A stretch of 64,000 nucleotides of DNA from NCBI GenBank assembly GCA_036785375.1, contig JAWMAR010000531.1:930001-994000 (forward strand), given 5' to 3'. The notes beneath the pieces were generated by a model. It saw only the letters and a list, made by a program, of their open reading frames with translations. It ran no database searches and was not told the DNA's origin. The stretch is from Leucoraja ocellata (taxonomy: Eukaryota). Positions within the stretch are counted from its first letter, which is position 1, and every line of letters begins with the position of its first letter. Below, one piece after another: positions 38,206-50,840 of this stretch. Made by a program: the position numbers and the translations under genes.

Positions 38206-40920
38206 GTAAGTAAAATAATGGCTATCTGAAAAACGGCTTTTGGACTAATCACCAGCTTTCAATTTTAACCGATTTTCAAAACGTTCAACCTCCAATTCTT
38301 GCAATAATACGGAAGCGAATAAAACAAACCCGCAATTTGCTTTGTGAATATAAACGGAAACTGATGCCATTATAATGTATTAATACAGGGTACGTGAATA
38401 GCCTCCGGTGAGATTTAAAGAAAACGGACTGCACTTCCATTTGCGTAGCGTGACAAAAAACCTTGGGGCAAATAAACAAACTAGCTCAGCGGAGTTAGGC
38501 AGCATCTGTGGAGGCATTTCAGGTTGAGACCCAGTATCGTGACAAAGTCCTAACTCCAACGTGTTCGTACACAGATGGTACCTGGTCCACTCAGCTCGTC
38601 CACCAGTTTGCTTGTGTTTGCTTTAGATTGCAGCATCTGCAGTCTCCCATGTTTGCGTGTTAAAATGTTGGAGCGGATCTCGGAGTCACTTATTAGATGA
38701 TCCTCTTATCGAGCGTTTCAACTTTGAGAGGAGACGGGAATGGTTAAGTCTGGATGTAGCATAAGCATGTGTGATAGATTCAAAAACAAATTAGCTGTGT
38801 CAGTATCTAAGCCAAAACTGACGCACCGATGAATGTATACAATTGTTTGATTGTGGGTTTAGCACTGTCCTGTGAGGATCTTCGCCGTGAAGTTCGACGA
38901 GGAAATACATTTTGAATTTACTCCCGTGCTAAAACTCATTGTCAGCAAATACCAAAACGTAATTATAAAACCTGTACACGTCGCATTTTATTTCACAGCA
39001 AATACTATGGTGAGCATTTTCCGATTGACGTTGCAGGGGTGGTGTATGAAATTGTTGCAAGTCTCAACAAATAGAACATTGAAATAGAACATGCGTTGAA
39101 GCCCATAACGTTACCTCTACGCTACACATAGCCGGCGCATGGGCTCCAACAGCGCTCTTGGGTTGAGATTTCAAATGATTCAGCACCATCTAATAACTAA
39201 ATTTATTGTAACCTCAGTCTTGACACCGTCCCCTCCCTTCTAGAATTCCAAGCCTAGAACCGGCATCCCGGTATCTAAAACTGTCAAAGACAATAGGAAA
39301 TATTTATGATATTGTCCCTGTTTTCAGAGTGCAGTCCCGTTCAGTGTAACTTCTCTTTGTAGTGCAACCTCCGCAACTCAGGAATTAATTTGTGAATGAA
39401 GGTTGCAGTCCCTCCATTGTATCAGCACCCGTACAATTTGCAGCGGATGCATCTGATATCCAACTCGGCAATTACAGAAAACAATTTAAAGATTTTAAAT
39501 TTAAAAATGGGTGCTTTTTCAGGAGCTTGTCAAAAGCAATCCCTTTTGGTGCGCCGGTATTAGCAGCATTTAGTGCTATTGAGACGAGGACCGCGTGAAC
39601 TGTGTTTTAAGATAACAAGGGAAGGGCCGTACAATAACTGCAGATGCTTAAATTCTGAATAAAACACAAAATGCTGGGGGCACACAGTGGGTCAGTCAGC
39701 AACGGTGAAGCGAATGAACCTGTTAATTCCCTTCCAAGATGTTGCCTGATCCTCCGATTTCCTCCAGCATTTTGTGTTTTACTCAATAGAGTTGGGCGAA
39801 CTGGCTTCAGCAGTCTCACTTCATTCCTTGAAAGCCAATGGATTTTATTTAGGAGGGAATTTGCATTGATATATTACGTTTCACAACCACAGTATCCAAA
39901 GGCATTAGGTTTTGGCCTGGATACATCTAGTGACATTTCTTTCGAACTGAAATGTCTTCTTCGGCTTCGTGTAACGATAAACATTGATTCATAATAACAG
40001 TCGTTATTTGTTGGAAAATGCATTTAATGAACTTGCACATTGTGTGACTTTAGCACCCATGACCTTGCCATGTGTATGTATCACGAGGAGGATGAAGTTG
40101 TTTAGCAGACTTTTGAATTTGTTCTTCCTGTGAACCGGCTGGGATCTTGGTCATTGCGAGTAGGTTGGTTGAGGTAGTGTACATCCCGACGCCCCAGCGG
40201 TAGCCTGATATAACTATGGCACATCCATCAGAAATAGTGCAAAACTGTAAACAATTGAAGTGGCGAAGGAGGTGGGGGGTTAAATTGTAGCGGAAATTAT
40301 CTGAATTGGTAACACTGAAATATTTTGAGTTTGTGGCGAAACTGCAAATCTCGCTGCTTATAATTTCAAGGATGGAATGAAACGAGACCAACGCATTTCA
40401 TTGTCAGAGTCCCGCTTTAATCAATGTTGATTCCTCTGACCGACCCCACCTTCTCCCACCCCTCCTGAATCACTCATTTTACATCGAAAACATCAAAATT
40501 GTCCGAATTATTTTTTCAACCCGAAGGACGTAAATAGGATGAACATTGAATGGAACACAGCGTATTTACGGGAGTGTCTCTTTCCAAAATATCTACCGAA
40601 AATCGTTGATTTATTCCTTACATTTGTGAATTGTTTCCAGACCTTTGGACAAACTGTAGTAATGATCTTCTGTTGCACAGACATTTCACGTGTTTAGATT
40701 AATTGTAAAGTAGTAATAGAAATAAAACATAATAACTGGTGGCAGGGGTAGACTACACAATACTTCCAGTTGGCTCCGAAGATACTCAGTTCATATTAAC
40801 CCTAAACGGCCTGAAAGATATTCTGTTTAAGAAAGAACTGCAGATGCTGGAAAAATCGTAGGTAGACAAAAATGCTGGAGAAACGCAGCGGATGAGGCAG
40901 CATCTCTGGAGCGAAGAAAT

Positions 40921-40955
40921 AGGTGACGTTTCGGATCGAGACCCTCTTCAGACCT
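40921..40955 (-). ncRNA. Putative minimal type I hammerhead ribozyme motif (paralog of 25327-25362)
   Basis: Minus strand AGGU-CUGAAGA-GGGU(CUCG)AUCC-GAAA-CG-UC-ACCU. Confidence 0.55.
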
Positions 40956-41214
40956 TCTTCAGTCTAAAGAAGGGTCTGGTGCTGGGGGAAATGTTCTCGC
41001 TGCATGCAATCTTTCAAGACATCAAAGGAGTTTGCCTGTTTCGATGCGAATATCATTCATAGCTCTGAACTCCAGAGATTGCATCCCCGTCTACTGGATT
41101 TCCCCTCAAACGACAAATGATCTATCCCTGGAACCCGGGGAAGCAAGGTTAACACTTGATTCGGAAGGTCAGTTTTAATAATCCACTATGCTGTACTTCT
41201 TTCTATTTTCCCAG

Positions 41215-41537
41215 ATCCCCAGCCTCCCGCGGTGTCAGTCCTTGGGCCATCAGAGGAAGAAATCGCGGGAAAGGGCACCGCCACTCTGGTGTGTTTGGTG
41301 AACGGGTTCAACCCGGGCGTTGTGGACATTGAGTGGACGGTGGACGGCAGTGCGAGAAGTGATGGCGTCGACACAGGACGAGCCCAGCAGGATCAGGACA
41401 ACACGTTCAGTACCAGCAGTTACCTGACTCTGCCAGCCGCCTACTGGAACTCACACGAGCTTTACTCCTGTGTGGTTAAACACGAGACTCGGACAAACCC
41501 ACTGGAGACAAACATCGCCAGATCTGGTTGTGCTTGA
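41215..41537 (+). CDS. IGLC: Ig light chain cluster 3, constant exon (open frame)
   Basis: Nearly identical to cluster 2 C (ETQ versus ETR); AATAAA at 41575. Confidence 0.93.
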
Positions 41538-42173
41538 TTCAAAAATTATGATGTCTTGAATTGATACATTTGGAAATAAAATTCACGCACAGAGATTACA
41601 TGTCTGTTTTCTTTTATAGATGTTTTCAGTCACAGAAAATGCACAATGTAATTTAATAAGGAGAGGAGAGCAATAATGTCTCATTTATCGCCCTGCATTG
41701 TTCGACTATTTTGTACCAAAACAATGATATCCAAAATATGCATTAATACATTAGTAAATATGCTGAGCAAAAGTTTTAACTTCAGCAAATTAACTTGACA
41801 ACAGTTAGGACGGAAACGATGCAGTACACGAAGAGTTTATTCGCCATGGTTTTGTTTCCAGGCCATGGCGCCTAATTAAACGAATCCAAGTTGTCTTTTT
41901 AAGTAAGTTTATGGAAGCGTTAATTCGCAACCACCCAATTATGTGCAGAGTCACCTTCTCAGATTATATTTTCACGACAGTGACAATGTTGCCACTGTCG
42001 TAGTCCAGTACTCCAGTAGGGTACTCCAGTACCGTAGACTTCATTCAGACTGATTATGGAGTACACAACTCGCCGGGAAATTAAAACCGATCAAGTAAGA
42101 TGGGAAAGTTTGCACTGGTTTGTAGAGGGCCAGTGCAACAACAACCGGAGAGGGACTCGGGTGGTCGGAGGAT

Positions 42174-42790
42174 TTGAGTATAGAAGCTGGGATGTAATGT
42201 TAAAATTGTACAAGGCATTGGTGAGACCAAATCTGGAGTATGGTGTACAAATTTGGTCGCCAAATTATAGGAAGGATGTCAACAAAATAGAGAGTACAGA
42301 GGAGATTTACTAGAATGTTGCCTGGGTTTCAACAACTAAGTTACAGAGATAGGTTTGAATAAGTTAGTCTTTATTCTCTGGAGCGCAGAAGGTTAAGGGG
42401 GGACCTGATAGAGGTCTTTAAAATGATGAGAGGGATAGACAGGGTTGATGTGGACAAGCTTTTCCCTTTGAGAATAGGGAAGATTCAAACAAGAGGACAT
42501 GACTTCAGAATTAAGGGACAGGAAGTTTAGGGGTAATATGAGGGGGAACTTCTTTACGCAGAGAGTGGTGGCGGTGTGGAATGAGCTCCCAGTGGAAGTG
42601 GTGGAGGCAGGTTCATTGGTATCATTTAAAAATAAATTGGATAGGCATATGGATGAGAAGGGAATGGAGGGTTATGGTACGAGTGCAGGCAGGTGGGACT
42701 AAGGGGGAAAAATTGTTCGGCATGGACTTGTAGGGCCGAGATGGCCTGTTTCCGTGCTGTAATTGTTATATGGTTATATGGTTATAGGAT
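42174..42790 (+). mobile_element. Copy-B-specific 5'-truncated CR1 insertion
   Basis: Absent at the paralogous site (about 26705-26710); AGGAT at 42169-42173 and 42786-42790; (tggttata)n tail. Confidence 0.9.
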
Positions 42791-45257
42791 CTGGTGTCAA
42801 AGAAACTGGCAATGTTTGGGGTCGAGTGCGTGCATCCGGAATGTTTGTGGAGGGGAGGGGGCCAATATAAAGAGCTAAGAGTGTGGGGGGAAACAGGGCT
42901 GGCTGGTGAAAAGTGGAACTAGTTAAGAAAGGGCAGAAGGTGCCATGTTAAAGAGGGGGAGTGATAGAGTCGGGAGAATGCAGCTGGTGGGTGGGTGATA
43001 GAGACTAATGTGGGGGAGAGAAGCAACAATGAGAAAAATATGCCAGGGGGTGGGGGGAGGGGGGTGGATTTAGACACAGAAGGTGGAAGATAATGAGCAG
43101 GGACACGGGAGGAATCTCATAGTGGAGAAGTGAGGGTTGGTGGGCACATGGAACCAGTTGAACAAGGTGTAGGAGAAAGAAAGTGGTGTAGATCTGTTTA
43201 AAAGTTCATAAATTAATCAATTATGGAAATACACAGCCGTGTATCAAACTGGGATAGACACAAAGAGCTGTAGTAACTCAGCGGGACAGGCAGCATCTCT
43301 GGAGAGAAGGAATGGGTGACCAAGAAGGGTCTCGACCCGAAACGTCAATCATTCCTTCTCTCCAGAGATGCTGCCTGTCCCGCTGAGTTACTCCAGCTTT
43401 TTGTGTCTATCTTCGGTTTAAACAAGCATCTGCAGTTCTTCCCCACACATATTATCTCACTGGGATAGTTTACATTCGAAAGGAAGGGATAAATGAGATG
43501 GTTTTCACTGGAAATGAGATTGATAACAGGGTTCAGCATTGAGATGTCATCATGATGATAAGATATGTCACTATGACGATAATAGTCACTATGACGATAA
43601 AAAAAAACGATTCCCCAATGGGTGAGATGGTGCCCCTCAAATCAAATTGAATGAACTGTGGGCTAGCAGTTAGATCGGAAGCAGGGGGCGGGATGCAATA
43701 ATCCAGGGTTTGCTCATTGGCTGGTTAAGCGGAGTTCCATTCCAGTCAGGAGAGGCGCAGATCGTAAAACGTTACGATGGGGAATAAACTGGGTGAAAAC
43801 AAGAAACAAAACGGATTAAGTCAGTCAGCAAAATAATAGCATGTGGATTTGACCGTGGAGAATTAATAAATCGTCTGCGGTCCCAGGATTTCTGAGTGGG
43901 GTCCCTGTGTGCTTAATGGACTTGGAAGGGCATTTTGAACGGCCAAAACTGTCCCCGAAACGAGCTTGATAGAAGCTGATCCTTGAAAATTATGATGCGT
44001 GCGATGTGATGGTCCCCCCCCCCCCCCCGCCCCCCCTCCACCCCCCCCCCCCCCCCCCCCCCCCCCAATCCCCCCCTGAGCTCCAATTTCTCAACAAACC
44101 CCAGGGTCGTGCTAATTGGCCACTGTAACTTTCAGTTAATGGAGGAGCATGAATTGACATTGTGGGCGAATAGATCACGAGGAAATAAGAAGGAGAGCGG
44201 GATGGATTGGGTTGTTCTCTGACCTGCGAACACTCCCATCCATGTCGTTGTCAAATCTGGAATCGAAGCATGAAAATATCAAGCTGTCACCCGGATGTCC
44301 ATATATGGGACCTCCCATTAATGTGGAATTATTGACATTTATTTTCAATCATTCTGCTGAGAGCTTTTGTTATTTAAGTTATTCAAGTGGAAAATTTACT
44401 TACTCCTGGCCTACTCCTGCACCTATTGTCTATTGTCTATTGTCTATTGTGGGTGACACCAAAGAAAGAGGAAACTCATATTATCGGTAGACATAAATGG
44501 TCGATTAACTCAGCGGGACAGGCAGCGTTTCTGGAGAGAAGGAATGGGTGACGTTTTGGGTAAGACCCTCCATCAGACCCTTCGTCAGCTTCATGTGAAA
44601 TAACTCCAAAGTGATACATTGACCACGAATGATAGCACACGCACGTTGATTGAATGTAATGAATCCAAACCTTACGAAATTAATCTACTTTAAATTATTT
44701 AAGAGAAAGGAATTCTGTAGGTTAGGTAGTGAAAAACCTAGAAATTAATTGTTCAGCAATGTCATGCGTAGAGCTGTTAGAATGTGAAAATGAATCCCAT
44801 CAAGATATTTCGAATTTGGTCATTTAATAAGGAATACGAGTCCAATTAGGCCATTCGGCCCATCAAAGTCTACTCGACCATTCAATCGTGACTAATCTAT
44901 CACTCTCCCCTTACCCCATTCTACTACCTTCTCCCCATAACCTCTGACACCTATGAATTTGTGTATATATTTGGTATCAAAACATATACCAATGCATGGT
45001 TATCAAATAAATTAACATGCGCCAATGTGGATCACATTCCACCTAATTCTAAATTTTGGGTAGCCACCAGAGAGGAAACACAGTCGTCAACTACTACAAT
45101 GAACTCCCTCAATAGCAAGAATGTCCTTCCTCAAATCTGGACACCAAAACTGCACAGGGCCCTGAACAACTGCAGAAGAACCTCTCTGTTGCTATACTCA
45201 ACTCCTCTTGTGATGAAGGCCAACATGTCATTCGCTTTTCTCGCTGCCTGCTGTACC

Positions 45258-45457
45258 NNNNNNNNNNNNNNNNNNNNNNNNNNNNNNNNNNNNNNNNNNN
45301 NNNNNNNNNNNNNNNNNNNNNNNNNNNNNNNNNNNNNNNNNNNNNNNNNNNNNNNNNNNNNNNNNNNNNNNNNNNNNNNNNNNNNNNNNNNNNNNNNNNN
45401 NNNNNNNNNNNNNNNNNNNNNNNNNNNNNNNNNNNNNNNNNNNNNNNNNNNNNNNNN
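45258..45457. other. Assembly gap (200 N)
   Basis: N run. Confidence 1.
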
Positions 45458-45540
45458 GATCAGGTGGATGTATAGTCCCTTGCCCAGAGGAGGACCGGGT
45501 TCATGGTGACGGGCAAAGACTTAATAGGAATCTGAGGGGT

Positions 45541-46515
45541 TCCTATTCAATGTGTGCAAGACACGCTTTGATACAATTCAAGGTGGTTCACAGAGCTCAT
45601 ATGTCAAAAGATAAGTTAACTCGTTTTTATGGTCATATGAATCCTACCTGTGACAGATGTAAATCTGAAGTGGCCTCACTGACCCATATGTTTTGGTCCT
45701 GCCCTTCTTTGGAAAAATATTGGAAATATTTTTTTGTTACTATTTCTGTAGTCTTAGGCATAGGTTTAGAAACTGGAATTACTGCAATTTTTGGGCTGCC
45801 AATGTTAGATTCTAATCATTTGTCCCGCTCCGCCCATCGGTTGATTGCTTTTACCACATTAATCGCCAGAAGATCTATTTTATTCAAATAGAAAGACTCC
45901 TAACCCTCCGACCAGACTCCAGTGGTATTCGGAAACGGTATCATGTTTAAATTTTGAAAAAATCAGCAGTGACACTGTTGAACCCTTGGTTAAATTTGAT
46001 AAGACTTGGGTAAAATGTATTGAACATTTTCATACAACATAAATTGCTCCCTCTTTAACCGTTATAAAAAATATTTTATCTCTATTGGGTGGAACAGACA
46101 TGACGACAAACAGACTTACATTGTTGAAATTCTCAGTTCAGATTCGGGTTTGCTTTGCTTTGTTTTTTTAAACTATTTTATTTTTATGCGTATTTTATTA
46201 TTATTATTATCAATTTTTCTCTTTTTTTTTCTTTCTTTAGTTTAGGGGGGTCTTTTTCTGTTTTTGCTTTTTTTTACATTTATAAGTTTCCTTTTAAAGA
46301 TTTAACTATATTAACATAGCGACCTGGAGTTCTATATTCATTGTGTATTTTGACATTGGTCTCATATTAGGTTATATCTGTTATTAATGTAATCCTGATC
46401 CCTATGTATCAATACCATTGTTATGTTTATCATTATTCTTTTTGTTCTGTTTTTTATGTTTTATTTTTGCTTTTTTTGGGAAAAAAACAACAAAAAGATT
46501 TGTTTTTAAATAGAA
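45541..46515 (+). mobile_element. 5'-truncated L1-clade LINE (ORF2 C-terminal CCHC zinc knuckle plus 3' UTR) nested in a CR1
   Basis: CDRCKSEVASLTHMFWSC; T-rich UTR, A-rich tail; 15-bp TSD AGGAATCTGAGGGGT 45526-45540 / AGGAATATGAGGGGT 46516-46530. Confidence 0.88.
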
Positions 46516-47238
46516 AGGAATATGAGGGGTAACTGTTCATTATTACCTCCGCAAATGCCGATCCGCAGATGCTACATTAATTTGGTCAGGCGACCTTTAC
46601 ACTTTGAGTCGTGAATTACTGCGCATTACAATAGGATAGTATCACATACCACTTTTACAAGCACGACACACGTCGGGTAGTCAAAATAGCCCCCCAAAAC
46701 GGCTACTTTACTGACATTTGTAGTGATGTTCTGTCCCCTCAGGTCTTTTCTAAATGATCTGATACACAAGTAGAAGGGCAGCCTGTGGGGTTTATCATTT
46801 CTAAAATGACAAAGATATCTAAATATAGATTTAATGTGCGTTTTAATAAAACAGTGCTGCTGCTGTGACTGTGATCATGTTATGTTCAGCGATACGGAGG
46901 TAGACAAAAATGCTGGAGAAACTCAGCGGGTGAGGGAGCGAAGGAAATCAGCGATACGGATTCAGTTGGTCCGTTTAGATAAAATATTTCTATTCCGTTT
47001 TCATTGTTGATTAAACAGTTACCGAATATAATATTTAAAACTCGCAATCTGTTTAGTGTATATCTGCGGGGGGTTCATACAGAACATTATAGATTGTTTG
47101 TTTATAAAGAAGGGACAACTGTGACAATCCTTTTCATTCTGCTGGATGTATGAAGCTTTTTAGAAACACAAGTCTCTAAAATAAGACCTGCATGTTTCAC
47201 AGTGGCGAATATTTTGAGGAAGAATCTGGCAATTTCTG

Positions 47239-47317
47239 ATTGGCTTCGACGAGCATACCGGTTTGATTGGTTTGGATAATTAAACACACGGTGACATATC
47301 GTCATTCCATTTATAAA
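47239..47317 (+). promoter_or_regulatory. Cluster 4 promoter: two inverted CCAAT boxes, TAATTAA..GGTGAC, TATA-like TTTATAAA; no octamer
   Basis: ATTGG 47239 and 47266, TAATTAA 47277, TTTATAAA 47310, ATG 47388/47394. Confidence 0.6.
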
Positions 47318-47393
47318 GAGAGCCAGAGAGCAAGATTACACGCCACTTGTCCTGGAAACTGCCGCCCCATCGGACCTCAGTCGGTTAATGAAC

Positions 47394-47442
47394 ATGTCTT
47401 ATTGGATCCGTGTGGTCGGTGCGTTGGTGTTTTGCGCAGTTT
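47394..47442 (+). CDS. IGL: Ig light chain cluster 4, leader exon (MSYWIRVVGALVFCAV)
   Basis: Homologous to the cluster 2/3 leader; GTGAGT at 47443; in-frame upstream ATG at 47388. Confidence 0.88.
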
Positions 47443-47559
47443 GTGAGTATTTTACTTCCCTGGACATTATGCTTATTTCTGTTCACCATTAATTTGGGGT
47501 TATCTCCCACACTCCAACAAACTTAACAATTTTTTTTTCTGATATTTCTCCTTTCTCAG

Positions 47560-47905
47560 ACATAAGCGCGGCTGTTACAGTAACTCGGCCGCCTTCGATG
47601 TCCACCTCTACGGGACAGAACATTCAAATACCCTGCACCATATCGGGCACAAGTTCGGGCGCTAACTATGTCTCGTGGGTACCAACAAATTCCTGGCAAA
47701 ACTCCCAAGTTTTTATTCGTCCATACTACCGGCGGCACCATTTATAAAGGCACGGACATTCCAGACCGTTTTTCCATCTCGGTGTCAGGCAGCTCTGTAA
47801 CATTCGCAATATCTAGTGTTCAATCGGTGGATGCTGTTGACTATTACTGTGCCAAATGGGATAGTGGTTTACATTTTGGTAAAGGAACGAGGCTGGGTAT
47901 TGGCG
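47560..47905 (+). pseudogene. IGLV: Ig light chain cluster 4, germline-joined VJ exon (second V family) with +1 frameshift
   Basis: AAVTVTRPPS..C..; TGGGTAC instead of TGGTAC at 47677-47679 gives TAA at 47745; rest reads YQQIPG...YYC AKWDSGLH FGKGTRL; 346 nt. Confidence 0.82.
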
Positions 47906-48891
47906 GTAAGTAAAATATATTCATCGGCAGTTTTCTTTTTCTTTTAATGCAGATATTGCTTGATTTAATGTCCTGAGTTCACATGATACGTGATTGGGGC
48001 AGTTGTATTTCAGTGCAGATGGTGCGATCTTGCTGTACAGATGTTCCGAGTTCACTTGGCCATAACTCAGTGAAATGACTGGGAAAGCGAGCTAATGCTT
48101 TGTCTTGAGCTTCGTTCAATAAATTGTGGAAATATTTGCAGTGATTGTCCACATATGAAAGGAAATTGCTTGGGTAACGGGGTTCACCAACGTCAATATT
48201 CAACACTGTCAAAAATCCGGTTGACGGGTTGAACAAGGATATCAAAATGCCAAATGCGAAAGGAGAAAGTTTCGCACATTTCCTTCAGAAATTGTGTTTA
48301 ATACGTAGAGCAGCTTTTCGTGGACGCAGCCGTGTATTTCAAATTTAAATGGACATTCGAACTACAATGTAATTCTTGCTTGTGAACTATATCTGCGAAT
48401 CGGTGACCGTGGCCTTCGAAGACTAGTTTCCATATATTTTTGCCGAACATAAATAGCGTCACCCTCCATCTCAATGGTGCCGACAATTAAATAAGTTTAA
48501 ATCTGTTATTATAAATGTCGCGACCGCGAATCGTTTATATCTGCTGATATATTTAAATAAATGTAAATCCGGAAATGTGTAGTAAAATGAACATTATAAA
48601 AGTTATAATAATGTATTCAGTTTTATAAAATACTGCAGCCATGATCTATCACAGATGGTTTCCCGGTGTTTATACAGAGGGTAGACAGGATCTATTTTAG
48701 TTGCTTTCACGCACTTTATTTATTGTTCACCCAATTAAAATAAACACACTATAATGGTTTGAAATAGGTCGAGAATAAAACGACATTTCTATAAATGAAT
48801 AAATGAGTGCTTTAATGAGATGTATTTTCGGTAAATAATGATATCTCAACGACAGCATTTCTCCAATTAAATGTGACTTCTTATTAAACAG

Positions 48892-49214
48892 ATCCTCGGG
48901 CACCGATCGTGACGGTCTTGCCGCCTTCAGCCGATGAAGTTACCTCAAAGGGCACCGCCACCCTGGTGTGTTTGGTGAACGGCTTTAATCCGGGCTCGGT
49001 CGCCGTTGAGTGGACAGTCGACGACAGTGCAAGAAATAGCGACGTTGAGACCAGCCCGATCCAGCAGGATAAGGACAACACGTTCAGTCTCAGCAGTTAC
49101 CTGACTCTGACAGCCTCAGACTGGAACTTACACGATCTTTACTCCTGTGTGGTTACACACCAGGCTCAGGCAAACCCACTTAAGACAAACATCGAGAGAT
49201 CCAGCTGTATCTGA
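48892..49214 (+). CDS. IGLC: Ig light chain cluster 4, constant exon (open frame)
   Basis: DPRAPIVTVLPPS..TATLVCLVNGFNP..YSCVVTH..ERSSCI*; AATAAA at 49480. Confidence 0.93.
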
Positions 49215-50624
49215 TGTTGGAAACGTGAGGCTGACCTGACTAAGTTAGTTTATCATCATTGGGTTCGTCCATGTGACAAAGTTAGTAATGTATTGGACTT
49301 CAGTGTTTTCGTTCAGAAATGCCATTTGTAGTTGAAACTTCGATTTTAATGACTTGTTCACTTTAAATTTAGTTGTTTCGAAAGAATGTCGTTCTTGAAT
49401 GAAGCATCAAGTAGATTCAATTGCGTTATCCAACAGCATGGATGTTGTTATTGTACCCATGGTATCTTTGTAGCCGTTGAATAAAGTTTAAAAAACGCAT
49501 TTCAAATGCATTGTTGATTCCCTCAGTTTTATTTCTGACCCGAACCATGATGGCTTAACACGGGTTGTGTTGTCTCGCAGATTTGAGCTAGCAACACTGA
49601 TTTTCTTTCTCTATTTCGATCACTAATTACAATCGTACAACAGTAGTGGGCCACTCGTCCATTTATACCATTTATACCACGCGTTCTACAGCGCTTTGTC
49701 AGTTCTTGTGCAACATGATTCAGCCAAAGAACCGTATAAACCAAGCAGGGCAAACGTGGTCTTAAACCCCAAATTATCACATAAATAAACAGAAAATACT
49801 GTTCATACTCAGTAAGTCGGGCGGTGTGTGGAAAGTGAGAAATAGATTAGACGTTTCAGGCTGTTTAAAAAAAATCAAAAACGTCCCTACCAGCCTCGTG
49901 CGTTCAGGGTTTGTTAAATATATCTTTGTTCACAAGGTGCACCGCTACATAATTAAATAAAATACGTGTGCATACGTGGAAATCTGGAAATTTGGAAACG
50001 CCATTAATTCCCAACACATCAGCAGGTTTCTGTAAACTGATGGGTTGTTCGCACCTGCACTTTACACCCCTCGCACTAAGCATGGCACCTCCATCCTTCA
50101 TCACAGAAGGCCGTGCCTTTCACACTAATCGGTGACGGGGTTTGTCTTTAAATATTTACAATCATTACACCTTATTTCTTCTTTATTTCTTCTGATTGTC
50201 AGCTTTAAAGAAACGGGGTGATTATTGGCGTTAGCAGAACTGCCATTGAGTTTGTATGTGGCGTGTACGTGTCTCACGGTGGTAATACACTGGAACTGGG
50301 TAACAACACTCTCAATAAAGCAGGATAATATCTACAGAAAGATGCGATGTATGCAAGGCAGCTTCATATAGACACGTGCAGAAAGAGAGCGAGGGGTGGG
50401 AGAGAGAGAGAGCGAGGGGGGAGGGGAAGAGAGAGAGAGAGGGGGTGAGAATAGGACGGGGGCGGGGTTAATAGTGAACAATGAGGGAACTATAGGTCAT
50501 AGTTAGAGGACAATCAGTCCCGGCCAAACCCCTGACCTCTGTCACAAATCGCTTTTCACTTATTCCAAGCCTTATTCCCAATTATTTTCACGTTACATGA
50601 GCAACCTGGGCTTGAGTCTTAATG

Positions 50625-50840
50625 AATGGGAAGGAGCTGCAGATGCTGGTTTAAAGCAAAGATAGACACAAAAATCTGGAGTAACTCAGCGAGTCAGAAA
50701 GCATCTCTGGAGAAAAAGAATCGGTGACGTTTTGGGGCGAGACCCTTCTTCAGACTGTTTGAAGAAAGGTCTCGATCAGAAATGTCACCTATTCATTTTC
50801 TCCAGAGATGCTGGCTGACCCGCTAATTTACTCCAGCTTT
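50625..50840. mobile_element. Fold-back short repeat (degenerate cores); paralog about 61975-62188
   Basis: Inverted arms of the same family. Confidence 0.75.

Larger units (their letters stand above)
35021..45257 (+). repeat. Segmental duplication copy B (contains cluster 3)
   Basis: Paralog of 19616-29118; runs into the N gap. Confidence 0.92.

Noticed and set aside
19616-45257. Clusters 2/3 (and 4/5) as falsely duplicated haplotypes
   Set aside because: Contiguous without a gap between copies, with strongly different CDR3/J-intron sequence and copy-specific insertions; not fully excluded without read depth
45258-45457. Exact spacing between the two V-family blocks
   Set aside because: They are joined across a 200-N gap, so distance and any missing clusters are unknown
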